64,000 bases of DNA from Giardia intestinalis (Eukaryota), in assembly GCA_000002435.2 (NCBI GenBank), contig CM018789.1. One strand, 5' to 3'. Shown in pieces: positions 49,204-59,700 of this stretch (the first letter of the stretch is position 1; every line of letters starts with the position of its first letter). The position numbers and the translations under genes are program-made. Below the pieces are notes generated by a model. The model saw only the letters and a list, made by a program, of their open reading frames with translations. It did no database searches and was not told the origin of the DNA.

Positions 49204-51174
49204 ATGGATTTTGGCGATGACCTAGCTGGGATGAATCTGGACTTTATGTTCGACTTGGGCTCTCCTGCGTCATCCCCGGTCACAAAGTCTAACAACACTG
49301 GAAGCATGGTCTCGCTCTTCAGTAACTTCAGTAACTGCTCCATGAGTCCACGATCAAACATCCAATGTTACACAGAAGAAACACAGAGTGTTCAGAGCCT
49401 GCATACAACCTCCCATCCTTCAGCCAATACTTTACTTCGTCCAATATTTTTTGACTCTACTGTACAAGATAGCTATTACTGCGAGAGTACAGGCAGCGAT
49501 GGGGTTGGAGCTTCCTCTATAGTGCTGGATAGTACAGCTGAACCCAGCAGCGTGGCTATTTCGGCTTGCACTCTTTCCCCCGGTACCACCCAACCCGCTC
49601 TGCATCAGAGAAACCTAACGAAAGCCAGAGAGAGGGGAGACACACGCTTGATTCATGCAGCATATGCTGGTGATGTTTCCACCGTTTCGTCTCTGATGCA
49701 CTTGGTTCAGTTGAAGAATACTCACGGGATGACGGCGCTGATGGCTGCTGCCTATAGTGATTGCGATCAGTGTGTGTCTATCCTCCTTCCGTTTGAAAAC
49801 CGTCTTCAAGCTAATAACGGGATGACGGCTTTAATGTGTGCAGCGGCGAAGGGGAGCATTAAAAGTGTATCAATGCTGATTGACACAGAACTGCGGATCC
49901 AGGATAAGAACGGGAGAAGTGCTCTTATGTATGCTGCCCAGAAAGGTAACTATGAGTGCGTGAAGATGCTGTTAGGAGAGGCTACGCTGACTGACAAGGC
50001 TGGAAACACGGCCCTTATCATAGCTACCATGATGGGATATATGCATTGTGCTCGGTGTCTTCTTAAGCACGAAGCGGGCTTTAGACTGCCATCCGGGCTG
50101 ACCGCCCTTATGATAGCAGCCCACAAAAAAGACGCAGCAATAGCATCTCTACTTCTTTCAGAGTGCAGGCTGCGTGACAATAAAGGAAAGACTGCATTGA
50201 TGTATGGTGCCGAGGCAGGCGCTGACGGATGTGTGGAGATTCTTATGACCCACGAGAGTGGTGTCCAAGATTGTAAGGGTAATACGGCATTAATGTATGG
50301 AGCTAGGGCGGGGCATTTTGGATGCGTCGAACTCCTAGCATCATTAGAGTCCCAGTGCATTAACTCTGCTGGGTACACTGCACTTATGATGGCCGCATGC
50401 GGGGACTTTTCGGACTGCGTGGACGCCCTCGTAGATCTCGAGGGGGGAATGACAGACAAGGATGGCCGTACAGCGCTGATGCTTGCGGTGTCATCAGAAG
50501 CCGTCACCTCCGCGAAACTGCTACTCAGCGAGGCTAGAATGGTCGATAAAGTAGGGAATTTCGCATTAATATATGCAGTTCACAAAAACAACGAGGCCCT
50601 GATTCGTTTGTTATCTGAAAGAGAGGTACGCATGCAGACACCTAAGGGGTATACAGCGCTTATGATTGCTGCATCAATGCCCTGTAAAGAAATAACTGAG
50701 CACCTGCTCGATGAGATAGGGCTTATCACAAAAGATGGGTATTGTGCCCTATACTATGCAATAGATGCTGGTAATAGTTGTGCAATTAACCTGCTATTAC
50801 CGTATGAAGCTTCTCTTCTGGGGATAACGTCAGACATGCGGTATGCTCTGTGCGGCGACGTAGTGTCCTTGGCACTATCCCACACTCGGGGAATACCATA
50901 CAGAGACAAGTTTGGACGGACGGCACTTGTGTATGCAATCTTAGGGAATCACCTTAAATGTGCTGAGCTGCTAACAGAAGACAGTGATATTGCTGATGTT
51001 AACGGGTGGACCCCTCTCATGTATGCGGCGAAACGAGGCTATACTCAGTACATAGATTTGCTTCGAGGCTCTAATTGCTCTGCAATAAATAAAAATGGTC
51101 ACACACTTCTAGATATCGCCAAGAAGGCCGGGCATGCTGCCTTCCTTCATGCGGCAACCCATATTCTTAGTTAA
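49204..51174 (+). CDS. Ankyrin-repeat protein with at least 12 ANK repeats (Protein 21.1-like)
   Basis: The track start at 49171 is GTG, and the first ATG is at 49204. Tandem 33-residue repeats of the form G-TALM-AA--G----V--LL run for about 450 aa. Confidence 0.75.
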   Translation: MDFGDDLAGMNLDFMFDLGSPASSPVTKSNNTGSMVSLFSNFSNCSMSPRSNIQCYTEETQSVQSLHTTSHPSANTLLRPIFFDSTVQDSYYCESTGSDGVGASSIVLDSTAEPSSVAISACTLSPGTTQPALHQRNLTKARERGDTRLIHAAYAGDVSTVSSLMHLVQLKNTHGMTALMAAAYSDCDQCVSILLPFENRLQANNGMTALMCAAAKGSIKSVSMLIDTELRIQDKNGRSALMYAAQKGNYECVKMLLGEATLTDKAGNTALIIATMMGYMHCARCLLKHEAGFRLPSGLTALMIAAHKKDAAIASLLLSECRLRDNKGKTALMYGAEAGADGCVEILMTHESGVQDCKGNTALMYGARAGHFGCVELLASLESQCINSAGYTALMMAACGDFSDCVDALVDLEGGMTDKDGRTALMLAVSSEAVTSAKLLLSEARMVDKVGNFALIYAVHKNNEALIRLLSEREVRMQTPKGYTALMIAASMPCKEITEHLLDEIGLITKDGYCALYYAIDAGNSCAINLLLPYEASLLGITSDMRYALCGDVVSLALSHTRGIPYRDKFGRTALVYAILGNHLKCAELLTEDSDIADVNGWTPLMYAAKRGYTQYIDLLRGSNCSAINKNGHTLLDIAKKAGHAAFLHAATHILS

Positions 51175-51248
51175 CTTGTTCTGATTTTTTCGTTTTTGGT
51201 TAAATAGTGCTACCACAAGTTTTAGCTCTTTACAGCGGGAGAAAAAAA

Positions 51249-51584
51249 ATGTCTCTGAGCAACTGCCTTCACAAGCCCGACGAGGAGAGGACCAAGGAGA
51301 AGCACGTCCCCGAGATGAAGCTCAGCGGGAACCACGTTGACATCAGGTGCGGCGCTACGGTCATGCACCCGGCGACTGAGAAGCACTACATCGGGACGAT
51401 CCGCCTCTTTGGCATCACTAAGGAGGGCAACGTCACCTTGGAGCTGGGCTGCCAGCAGATTTGGCCGGGTCTTGGAGAGCCTGTTGCTAGCTTCCGTGTC
51501 TGTGACCTGGAGAAGTACAAGGGCCTTTTAGCTGTTGCTTATTGCAACCTCCACGGCTGCTGGGAGAACTACATGGAGCTCTAG
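51249..51584 (+). CDS. SOR: Superoxide reductase (1Fe-SOR, neelaredoxin/desulfoferrodoxin centre II type), 111 aa
   Basis: The track ORF begins at GTG 51207. The ATG at 51249 follows an A-tract (gggagaaaaaaaATG). The ligand-bearing motifs are EKHVPEM (E and H), HPATEKHYI (H, H) and CNLHGCW (C, H). AGTAAAC at 51592-51598 lies 8 nt after the stop. Confidence 0.85.
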   Translation: MSLSNCLHKPDEERTKEKHVPEMKLSGNHVDIRCGATVMHPATEKHYIGTIRLFGITKEGNVTLELGCQQIWPGLGEPVASFRVCDLEKYKGLLAVAYCNLHGCWENYMEL

Positions 51585-51604
51585 AGAGTTGAGTAAACTC
51601 CTGC

Positions 51605-54310
51605 TCACCACCCTATCCATCGTTCCGTAGGCTCTCCTGCCTCTACCAGGGCGGATTGCAGCCGGCTTGATCCTTGGTTGCTTTGCACCATCGAGTGCTG
51701 AGCGGAGAGGGGTGTGCGCGCAGGGAATCGCTTTATATACTCCGCAGCCGAGCGAGCACATGACGGGGTGTACGAGCCATCTTGTTGAGGGCCTCCGATC
51801 TGTCGAGTAAGGTTAAGCCTGCTAGCCTGCTTTAAGTGAAGCTCGCTGGTCGCAGTCTTACTTAGACGTCCGCTACGTATTGATGACACCGTACCTATGC
51901 CTCCGCCTTTTGAATGAACAGCCTCCAGGAATTCTCGCGAACGAGGTGTCTTTTGTTCCTTTAGGGCTATCTGGAGAATTTCCCGGACCAAGCCTTCGTC
52001 AACCCCTTTCCTATTGCGAATAACGGCGCTTCCGACAATCTCGACACCATCACTGGATGCCTTCTCTAGCCCAGGGTAGAGGAGAGGGATACGCTTAGGA
52101 ACAGGTAAGTTCATTTCCTTTATGCTGATTGCAGCCCTCTTGATAGATTCAAACTTAAAGAAGAAGCGGAAAAGGGCATTGACACGAACAAAGCTAAATA
52201 GAAATCGATAAACAGGGAACATAAGGACGGCTACTAATCTAGACTCTTTTCTCACCTGTAGGTCCGGTCGTTCCTTAAACTTTATGTACTCTAGTGACGC
52301 TGCTATTATCCACTGTGCGACAAACACAAGTATGTACATCAGAAATACCACTACGTTAAATTGCCTAATAACAATGGATAGAACAATGTGATAGACTAAA
52401 AGAGGATAGCGGAAGTAGTCTTGGAGTACCGTCCAGACATCTTCAAGTGTAACTATTCGGAGATACAAGTTGTCCACAGTGCATGGAAGACAGCAGAGCA
52501 CTTGCCCATAAAACCCGCTTTTGGGACTGGCGCAGAAGCCTCCCCAAAGAAATTGCTGTGCTGCAAGATCCCACGATGTAAAGCGCTGATAATACAGATC
52601 CTTCCATGTGGTTGGAGCAACCGTGGCCACTATACAACTTGAAATAAATCCGCAGCGTTTGGTACTAAATAGCTTGCGCATGGCCAATCCCATTTGATAG
52701 TCCTCGCCATGAAAGATTCCATTGTGCTCTGCCATAATATGGTGCAATAGGGATGCTTTCCAGAGGTTAATTGCCCCATGTGGAGAAAGGACCGACGATG
52801 AGTGGGTGAAGTTGTATTGCGTAAGCTTCGACAGATCTGACAACTTGTACTCGATATCTTGAAGGCCAACTATCATTTTGCTTGTTTTGCTTAAGTTGGT
52901 TGGCTGTCCCCCTGGCCCCGTTTCATTGTAAGTTGCTGCGATTGCAATAGCGTATGCATCACATGTTAGTTCTCCGGAAAGCACGGGAGCCAATTCTCTG
53001 GGCAAGACGGTGTCGTCGTCCATAACAATGCAATACTCAAATCCAAGCCAGGAGCTAAGGATAGAGCCATAATATGCAGAGCAAGATTTGCTCCCGATGG
53101 CTAGGGGCACGTAGACTGCGCGTCCTTCGCAGCACTCCATCACAACACTATCTGGAAGTTCCTGGTCTGATGAGTTATGGATTACAAAGACATCCGTTGG
53201 GTGGAAAACATTCAAGGCGCCCTGAAGCGTATTGGTGAGAACTTCCAGTTTTCCAGCCCTTTTCCTTACCTTTTGTTCCTGTGTTAGTCCCTTGATACCC
53301 CAGCCAAGCGGAATGATCAATGCTATCTTTCCAGGAGTTATCTGATCGCTTGCATTATCCTCTTCGTTAAGCTTTGGCAGAGGCGCATATTGACCTAGTT
53401 TCATAGCAACGAACATCAGAATATATTCTAAGGAAATGAATATGTAAAATAGGACAGTCATCACTTGAAACGCTATCTTCATTCCACCTAAGACAATCAG
53501 TAAGGTTATTGCGGTTCCTATAAGAATGCCCCAAAGTGCAATCCACAAGTAGTGAGGCCACGAAGATATTAAATCCGGCCCAAACGCCGCCTTATGGTAG
53601 TCATTCACCTGAGAATTGACGCTATTGATAAAGACAGTTGCTTGGACCTTCCTTACGTCCAGGTCCACAAAGTGGTTCTTGATTTTCTTCAGTACTGTGT
53701 GAATCATATCATCTTTTATATCTAATATCTGCTTGTAGTTGCTTGCAATGGAGAGGTTTATGTCATAGCCATACGGCGTTCCTATTGATGCCTTGTAAGG
53801 TGTTGGCGCGATGCCGTCGGTTGCCAAGGGGAGTGCAGTGGGCTCTAGTGTTAAACCTGTTGTGGGTATACCAGTTGACGTTGCACCTTCAGCTAGCTTA
53901 GCTCGCTGTACACCTCCTGAAGCTATTCCAGGAGTTTGCGAATTGTTCTTGCGATACACCACCGAGTGTGTTGAGGGACTAGCGATACTATTGGTGAGCG
54001 ACGGTAGGCTATCACATTCCCCCGCCTCCTGGGCCATGGTGACTGGTACCCTGGATGGTTCTAGTGCCAACTCATTAGAGGGTTGATGAAATCCAACCTT
54101 TCCTCGTTTCCCTTTTTTCTCTTTGGGCTTCTCTAATGAGAGTGTGGGCACCGGTGGCTCAACAGCTGTTGATCCTTGTGCAGTACCAAAGTCATTTGGG
54201 AGGATCTCGTGCCTCTGGTTCACAATGTAAACCGAGCCCTTTTCCATGCGGCTCATTTCGCCCTCAAATGCATGACCTTGTAGGGCTTTGAGCTTCGACA
54301 GTGCATCCAT
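51605..54310 (-). CDS. GT2/GT21-family membrane glycosyltransferase, ceramide glucosyltransferase-like (901 aa), with an N-terminal extension of about 330 aa
   Basis: ATG at 54310-54308. Transmembrane segments lie at about aa 240-310. The GT-A catalytic core has D-rich motifs (...VFVIHNSSDQELPD..., ...YCIVMDDDTVLP...), an ...FHGEDYQMGLAMRK... block (compare human GlcCer synthase ...IAEDYFMAKAIADR...), and a degenerate Q..RW block (...YYQRFTSW...). More transmembrane segments follow. The exact acceptor specificity is not determinable from sequence. Confidence 0.55.
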   Translation of the reverse strand: MDALSKLKALQGHAFEGEMSRMEKGSVYIVNQRHEILPNDFGTAQGSTAVEPPVPTLSLEKPKEKKGKRGKVGFHQPSNELALEPSRVPVTMAQEAGECDSLPSLTNSIASPSTHSVVYRKNNSQTPGIASGGVQRAKLAEGATSTGIPTTGLTLEPTALPLATDGIAPTPYKASIGTPYGYDINLSIASNYKQILDIKDDMIHTVLKKIKNHFVDLDVRKVQATVFINSVNSQVNDYHKAAFGPDLISSWPHYLWIALWGILIGTAITLLIVLGGMKIAFQVMTVLFYIFISLEYILMFVAMKLGQYAPLPKLNEEDNASDQITPGKIALIIPLGWGIKGLTQEQKVRKRAGKLEVLTNTLQGALNVFHPTDVFVIHNSSDQELPDSVVMECCEGRAVYVPLAIGSKSCSAYYGSILSSWLGFEYCIVMDDDTVLPRELAPVLSGELTCDAYAIAIAATYNETGPGGQPTNLSKTSKMIVGLQDIEYKLSDLSKLTQYNFTHSSSVLSPHGAINLWKASLLHHIMAEHNGIFHGEDYQMGLAMRKLFSTKRCGFISSCIVATVAPTTWKDLYYQRFTSWDLAAQQFLWGGFCASPKSGFYGQVLCCLPCTVDNLYLRIVTLEDVWTVLQDYFRYPLLVYHIVLSIVIRQFNVVVFLMYILVFVAQWIIAASLEYIKFKERPDLQVRKESRLVAVLMFPVYRFLFSFVRVNALFRFFFKFESIKRAAISIKEMNLPVPKRIPLLYPGLEKASSDGVEIVGSAVIRNRKGVDEGLVREILQIALKEQKTPRSREFLEAVHSKGGGIGTVSSIRSGRLSKTATSELHLKQASRLNLTRQIGGPQQDGSYTPSCARSAAEYIKRFPARTPLSAQHSMVQSNQGSSRLQSALVEAGEPTERWIGW

Positions 54311-54506
54311 GGAATTCTTAGAGAAGTTCCTGTAGCAACCACCGTAGAATCAACTGTGAACACATAAACAGCAGCACATCACATGTAGTGTATCAATTTA
54401 CTTAGCGCTAAAACGGGTATATCATGCAGGATATAAGTCCCATGATATACTGTTCATTAGGCTGCAGTAACCGAGGAGTAAAGAGTTCCATTCATAACAA
54501 AAAGCC

Positions 54507-55361
54507 TTAGTCGTCGCGGGAGTGTTTGATGCGCACACGAGGTGTGTCACTGTCCTCACTTCCCTCAACATCGGCGTGTCGACCGCCTGCAACATGCATA
54601 GGGCACATTGCCTGCGGAGCAGCAGCTTGCATGTTCGACGGCATAGTACTTTGCCTACTCTTAAGGGTCAGTGACCCCGAGACAAAGCCTTCGGTTACAG
54701 GAGAAGTCATGCTAGAGTTGGACGTTGGGACCATTGACCCAAAGGCTGGTCTGCTAGTAAGAGAACCTGGTGGCGCAAACGGATTCTGCTGTACTGCATT
54801 GGATTGTGGCATGGGGATGCCACCACTGAAGCTCGATCGACCCGATAAAGAGCCTACTAAAGAGCCCATCTTAGTAAGGCTGCCAATGATGGCAGAAGCC
54901 GGAGCTCCAGCATTAGCCGTATCAGGCATGGGCATAGGAGGCCTGCTGAATGCAGAATTGTCACTCAGTGATCCAAACGCTGCCGCAGAGAGTCCAACAG
55001 CCGGCCCATGGCTATTTGGAGTAGAAGTAGGCGAAGAAACCATCACACCCATCGGGACTCCTTGCTCCAACATGAACTTAGTCGCGTTCATCTCAGACTC
55101 CTCTATAGCCTCTTGGGCCATGCTCATCTTTGCAATTTCGTCTCGCATGCTCTTGATCTCTGTTTCAGCCTTCTGGAGGGATCGATTGCTGGTGTCAAGC
55201 ATCGATGTCATCTCCCTTTGCTTCGTTTCGCAGCAGGAATGTTCTGTATAAAGTCTTCGGAGCGCATCCTGGAAAGACTTCAGTAGTTTCTTCAACTCCG
55301 GGATATTGTCTGGAGCGGTTGCGAGGTCCATCGTCAACAGCGGTCTAAGAGTCGAAGACAT
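54507..55361 (-). CDS. Hypothetical protein with an N-terminal coiled coil and a Ser/Pro/Gly/Ala/Met-rich C-terminal half (284 aa)
   Basis: ATG at 55361-55359. It lies 56 bp from the divergent B-box gene. Confidence 0.45.
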   Translation of the reverse strand: MSSTLRPLLTMDLATAPDNIPELKKLLKSFQDALRRLYTEHSCCETKQREMTSMLDTSNRSLQKAETEIKSMRDEIAKMSMAQEAIEESEMNATKFMLEQGVPMGVMVSSPTSTPNSHGPAVGLSAAAFGSLSDNSAFSRPPMPMPDTANAGAPASAIIGSLTKMGSLVGSLSGRSSFSGGIPMPQSNAVQQNPFAPPGSLTSRPAFGSMVPTSNSSMTSPVTEGFVSGSLTLKSRQSTMPSNMQAAAPQAMCPMHVAGGRHADVEGSEDSDTPRVRIKHSRDD

Positions 55362-55417
55362 GAGAATTTGATCAATTTTTGACCTGAAATTATACGAATT
55401 GAAAATGAAAGAGAGGG

Positions 55418-56707
55418 ATGCCCCATGAAACCTCTAGACATTCGCACAGCAAAGGTCACGACGAATCTACTAAAGAGCGCCGCCACCGGCACCGGCATCG
55501 AAGCAGTTCTGAAGCCGCTTCAGAAAAACAGCAGTCTGACAATGCCTCAGGGACGCTGGTCCACCAAGCGGCTACCGATTCTAAAAGCGAATCTGGTCCT
55601 GCATGTGAAAACTGCTCACTGAGCGCATCACCATCAGGAATGTATTGTTTAGCATGTGACCTTCTCTTGTGCCAAACATGCGATCGTATGGTGCACGCAC
55701 CCTTAGCACTATCCAAGCATGATAGGCGTTCCTTCGAAGAGGCTGCTCTCCGTCGGAAGGCCTGCAGGTTCCACGCAGACCAACAGATTTCCCATTTTTG
55801 TCTACACTGTAACACATTTCTCTGCAAAGTTTGTCTAGATGAAGGATTGCACCAAATATCTCCTCATTTTGTTGATACGTTAGATGACGCTATTCAGAAA
55901 ACGACTAGGGGACTTCTGAGTCTTGTTAACGGTCCCCTTAGGCAGCGCTATGAAACTCTACAGCATGAAGTTGTACGCATAGAAGGACTCATGCACAAAG
56001 TCCGCACTGCTGCTGGGGAGATAGAAGCCCAGGTCCGTGAGCATTACGAGGGTGTGCTAGCTAGACTTGCTCGTTCAGAGAAGGAAAAGTTAGCCCTCTG
56101 TCAGAGTGATTTAACGACCGTCAAAAGTATGATGAAGCAGATAGATGACGTCGAGCACTATGTCGCAGTCGACCATCATAGAAAAAACCCTATAGTCCTT
56201 CTTTCCCAAGCAGGAACGATCAGTGAGAGTGTCCGATCTATACTTGCACGCAAATTATGTGATGCAATCTCTGTTACTGAGGAGAGCATTAGGCCTACCG
56301 ACCTTCCTCGCGAGTCTACTGTAGGTATCTCTAGAGAGATCCGAGAAGCCAGTGGAGATCCGTGTATATCCAAATTGAATATCCCAGATGGGATTACATC
56401 GAAGTGCACCGCGTGTCAGAACAATCTAAGTACACTGTTATCAGAAGCAGAGCAAGAAATCCATCACTGGAAAGCTCTCGTGGAACAATATGCCTTCGAA
56501 TTGGCCGCGTGGGACATGACCTGCTCTCGTTGCGGTCAGCATTGCCTTCCAGAGACAATTAACTCTCCTTGCACACTTCCTAATAAGCCTCCACGTAGGG
56601 AAGACAGAGGATTAGGAGAGGAGCTTTGTAGTAACGGGTCTCTGTTCCAAGAGGATTCAGATAGCCATTCGCGTAGACACTTCTTTGTCCGCTCAGAGGA
56701 TCATTAA
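55418..56707 (+). CDS. B-box zinc-finger plus coiled-coil protein (TRIM-like, without a RING finger)
   Basis: ATG at 55418. Two B-box-like Cys/His clusters are present: ...CENCSLSASPSGMYCLACDLLLCQTCDRMVHAP... and ...CRFHADQQISHFCLHCNTFLCKVCLDEGLHQ.... A coiled-coil region follows. Confidence 0.6.
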   Translation: MPHETSRHSHSKGHDESTKERRHRHRHRSSSEAASEKQQSDNASGTLVHQAATDSKSESGPACENCSLSASPSGMYCLACDLLLCQTCDRMVHAPLALSKHDRRSFEEAALRRKACRFHADQQISHFCLHCNTFLCKVCLDEGLHQISPHFVDTLDDAIQKTTRGLLSLVNGPLRQRYETLQHEVVRIEGLMHKVRTAAGEIEAQVREHYEGVLARLARSEKEKLALCQSDLTTVKSMMKQIDDVEHYVAVDHHRKNPIVLLSQAGTISESVRSILARKLCDAISVTEESIRPTDLPRESTVGISREIREASGDPCISKLNIPDGITSKCTACQNNLSTLLSEAEQEIHHWKALVEQYAFELAAWDMTCSRCGQHCLPETINSPCTLPNKPPRREDRGLGEELCSNGSLFQEDSDSHSRRHFFVRSEDH

Positions 56708-56788
56708 CTTCTTGCAAAGATAGTATCAGTAAATTATTTCGTGGTAACCATTTCCCTGAGCCGGGTGCAGGAAAAATTCAAAAATAAA

Positions 56789-59700
56789 ATGAGTCTTACC
56801 GAGCAGCTTCTTGTTACATTACTGGAACAGACTCTGTCGAATAGCCAAGAGATGGTTTCCAGTGCAACAGAGCAAATTCTCTTACATAGACGTAATAACG
56901 ATTTTCTCGGCATCTCGTTTCTTGTTTCGGCTAATCCCCAGGTTTCCTCCAAAATTCGGTCTGCTGCAGCCATTCAGTTTTCTAATGATATCGCTACGAA
57001 GGTACAGAAGCTGGATGGCCAGATGTTAGTCAACATCTCTCTTAAAATAGTGCAGACTGTAGTTGAGGCGGCTGACTCCGGAGCCCTGATTGTTGTACGT
57101 CAGATGCTCGAATCTCTCAAGACAATCTTAGAGTTTTTTTACATGTCTTTTAATCTGCATCCCACGATCAATCCTGCAGTTTTCGCAGGGGATCTGTATC
57201 AATTGATTTTTAGCCTTATCGATAACTCGTCTGTTAGCAAAACGGATGTCTGTATCCAGATGGTAACCATTTTGTTAACCTGTATGTCCTCAGAGAGCTT
57301 AAAGGACATATATTTGAAGATTTCTGTTGACTTCTTTGATCGCTGTCTCAACCAGCTGCTTCAGTACCTTTGCAGTATTGAGGGGGAAATCACTAACTAC
57401 GTTACTCCTCCATTTATAGAGCATGTCTTTGCATGCTTGAACTCATTTTTAACATACAGCACAGTGCAATCTCTGACCTCCTTAAAGTCTTTTTCATCAA
57501 TGATTGGCACAGTTTGTCAGCTCCTAGAAAAAATAGGGATCGGTATTGCAGGCCCGGAAGTTCGTAATGCAAAGGATTATGCATTGCAAATACTTATACA
57601 ATTGTCCATCACGGCCAGATTGGTTGGACGATGTATTTCACCAGAAACAGAGCAGAGCTACTTGCTCGTTTGGAATGAGAACGAGGAGCGTATCGGGAAG
57701 TTATTGTTAGGTCAGTTTTGTCTTTGCCCCGACTATGATCTTTGGGAAGACCACTCTTCATTAGATAGTCTTTTCCGCTTGTCCTGTAGATTAATTGAGA
57801 CCAATCGAGGAGTCCCATATAATCCGAAAGCATACAATCTTCTCGTAAGCAATGGGAAAGATATTATTCAGGCAATTATAGCCATGCTCTATAACGCGGG
57901 TGACTTGCGTCTAGGACAGTTTGAGGAAAATGACCTTTTAGTAATTGACTGCTTAAAGCCGTGTCTAGATTTTCTTTCCAGTCTAACAGCAACTTCCAGA
58001 GAGCTCTTGGAACTCGTAAATGCAGACATGCATATGCGGCTAAATTCAATAATTAATAATGATACTGCTTTCTTGGATACGCCCGAGGGCCAAGTTAACT
58101 TCTTCGTTGGGATCATCCTTCTCCGTAGGGGGCTTTCTGACGACGACACCAACTACAAGGGAATGGTCATATTTGCTTCTCTTATTAATTACACCAAGCT
58201 TAACCCTATTGTGTTTGAAGAGCTCTCCAAGCTTATAATTAGTATTACTACCGAGGAGAATAGTTACATATCGGATTTTAACGAGATTGATACGGAATAT
58301 ACAGGTGATATAGAAGCTCTTTTGCAAAAAACAGTTGCGCAAGGGATCGATGCTATCAAGGCAGGACTCGACTTCAAGGCTCAGCTAGTTTATATTCTTG
58401 GCTGTTTGTATTTACTTCCTACTACATCATTCTTCCAGTGCCGTATGCTAAGTGGTATAATGGCGCGCTGCGTAAGGCACGACTTGATCAACAGAGTCAA
58501 TCAACGGCACCTACTTCTACGATCATTGGAGTTAATTGCTACCTCTCAGGAAAACAGTGCAGCTGGCGGCATGGTCACCTTCTGTCGGGTCGCGTTTCCC
58601 GGACTGGGACCTGATGTTGGGGCCGAAGTTCTCTCTATGTTCCTAAGATTGCCTGTAATCCAGAATGTCTTCTCCAATTACAATAGGATGGATCCAAAGC
58701 TACGAAAAACTGCCGAAATGATTTGCGAAACAGTCAATTTGGTTGTTACCAACGTGGACACTGTCTCGATAAGCCTTGAAGAATGTGTCTGCTCTTTTGT
58801 AGTTGGGTTTTTACAGAAAGATATTAGGGCGTCTCAAGGATGCTTCCAGCTTCTCAACTGTCTTTTACGAAAATCGTCTTCTCTTAGTTCTTCGTCCCAG
58901 AATGCTTATGATTATTCTTATGGCCCTTGGCGGACAGACCTTATCGAACTACTAATCCACTACCTGGACAGCTTTTATCAAACACCAGGGGATTTTATTT
59001 TTAGTAATGCAAGTCATGTGGAGGATATGCTTGCAGAGGCACTTCCATACTTAATCATTCAAACCCAGCGTTTCCATATGGCTTACAAGAATAGTGTTAC
59101 TCAGGGCACGCCAGAGCAGCAAATTGAGAAATTGAATGAGATATATACGCCATTCTTTACGCTTATCAACAAACTGTTGTCTCCTATGAACAGTGCAATA
59201 TTACTTAGTGTAGGTTGTTTTATCCTGACTCGCGTTATGAGTCTGGTGGCCTTGGAATCGAACAATGTTTGTCTAACCGTATTGCAGCATAGCACACAAA
59301 AATTAATTGAGCTTGTTTCTAACCTTCCTACTGTGTGTCAAGGGCTCATGACACACAACCTGACACCTGATCTTAAGCGTTGTATGCTCGTGTCCATCTC
59401 TATGGCCTTCTTCACCCTTTTGCAAATTACTGACATTCACGGTATGGCGGAGAATCTCCTCAGCACTATCGCACCTCACAACTTGAAAATAATGATCTTC
59501 ATTTCGGCGTGGTCTATAGCAGATAATGAGGGCAATCCATTTATTCCCTTACGTGCATGGATGGCCCACTTAGTTTGCTGTCTTAGTAAGATCTTTGTCA
59601 CATTGACGCAAAAGGATCCCACATTCCTATCTGTAGTTGTTCCAAACTTTGCCTGGGCGTATTCCTTATGCAAGATGTCACATTCCCCCGTTGTTACGGC

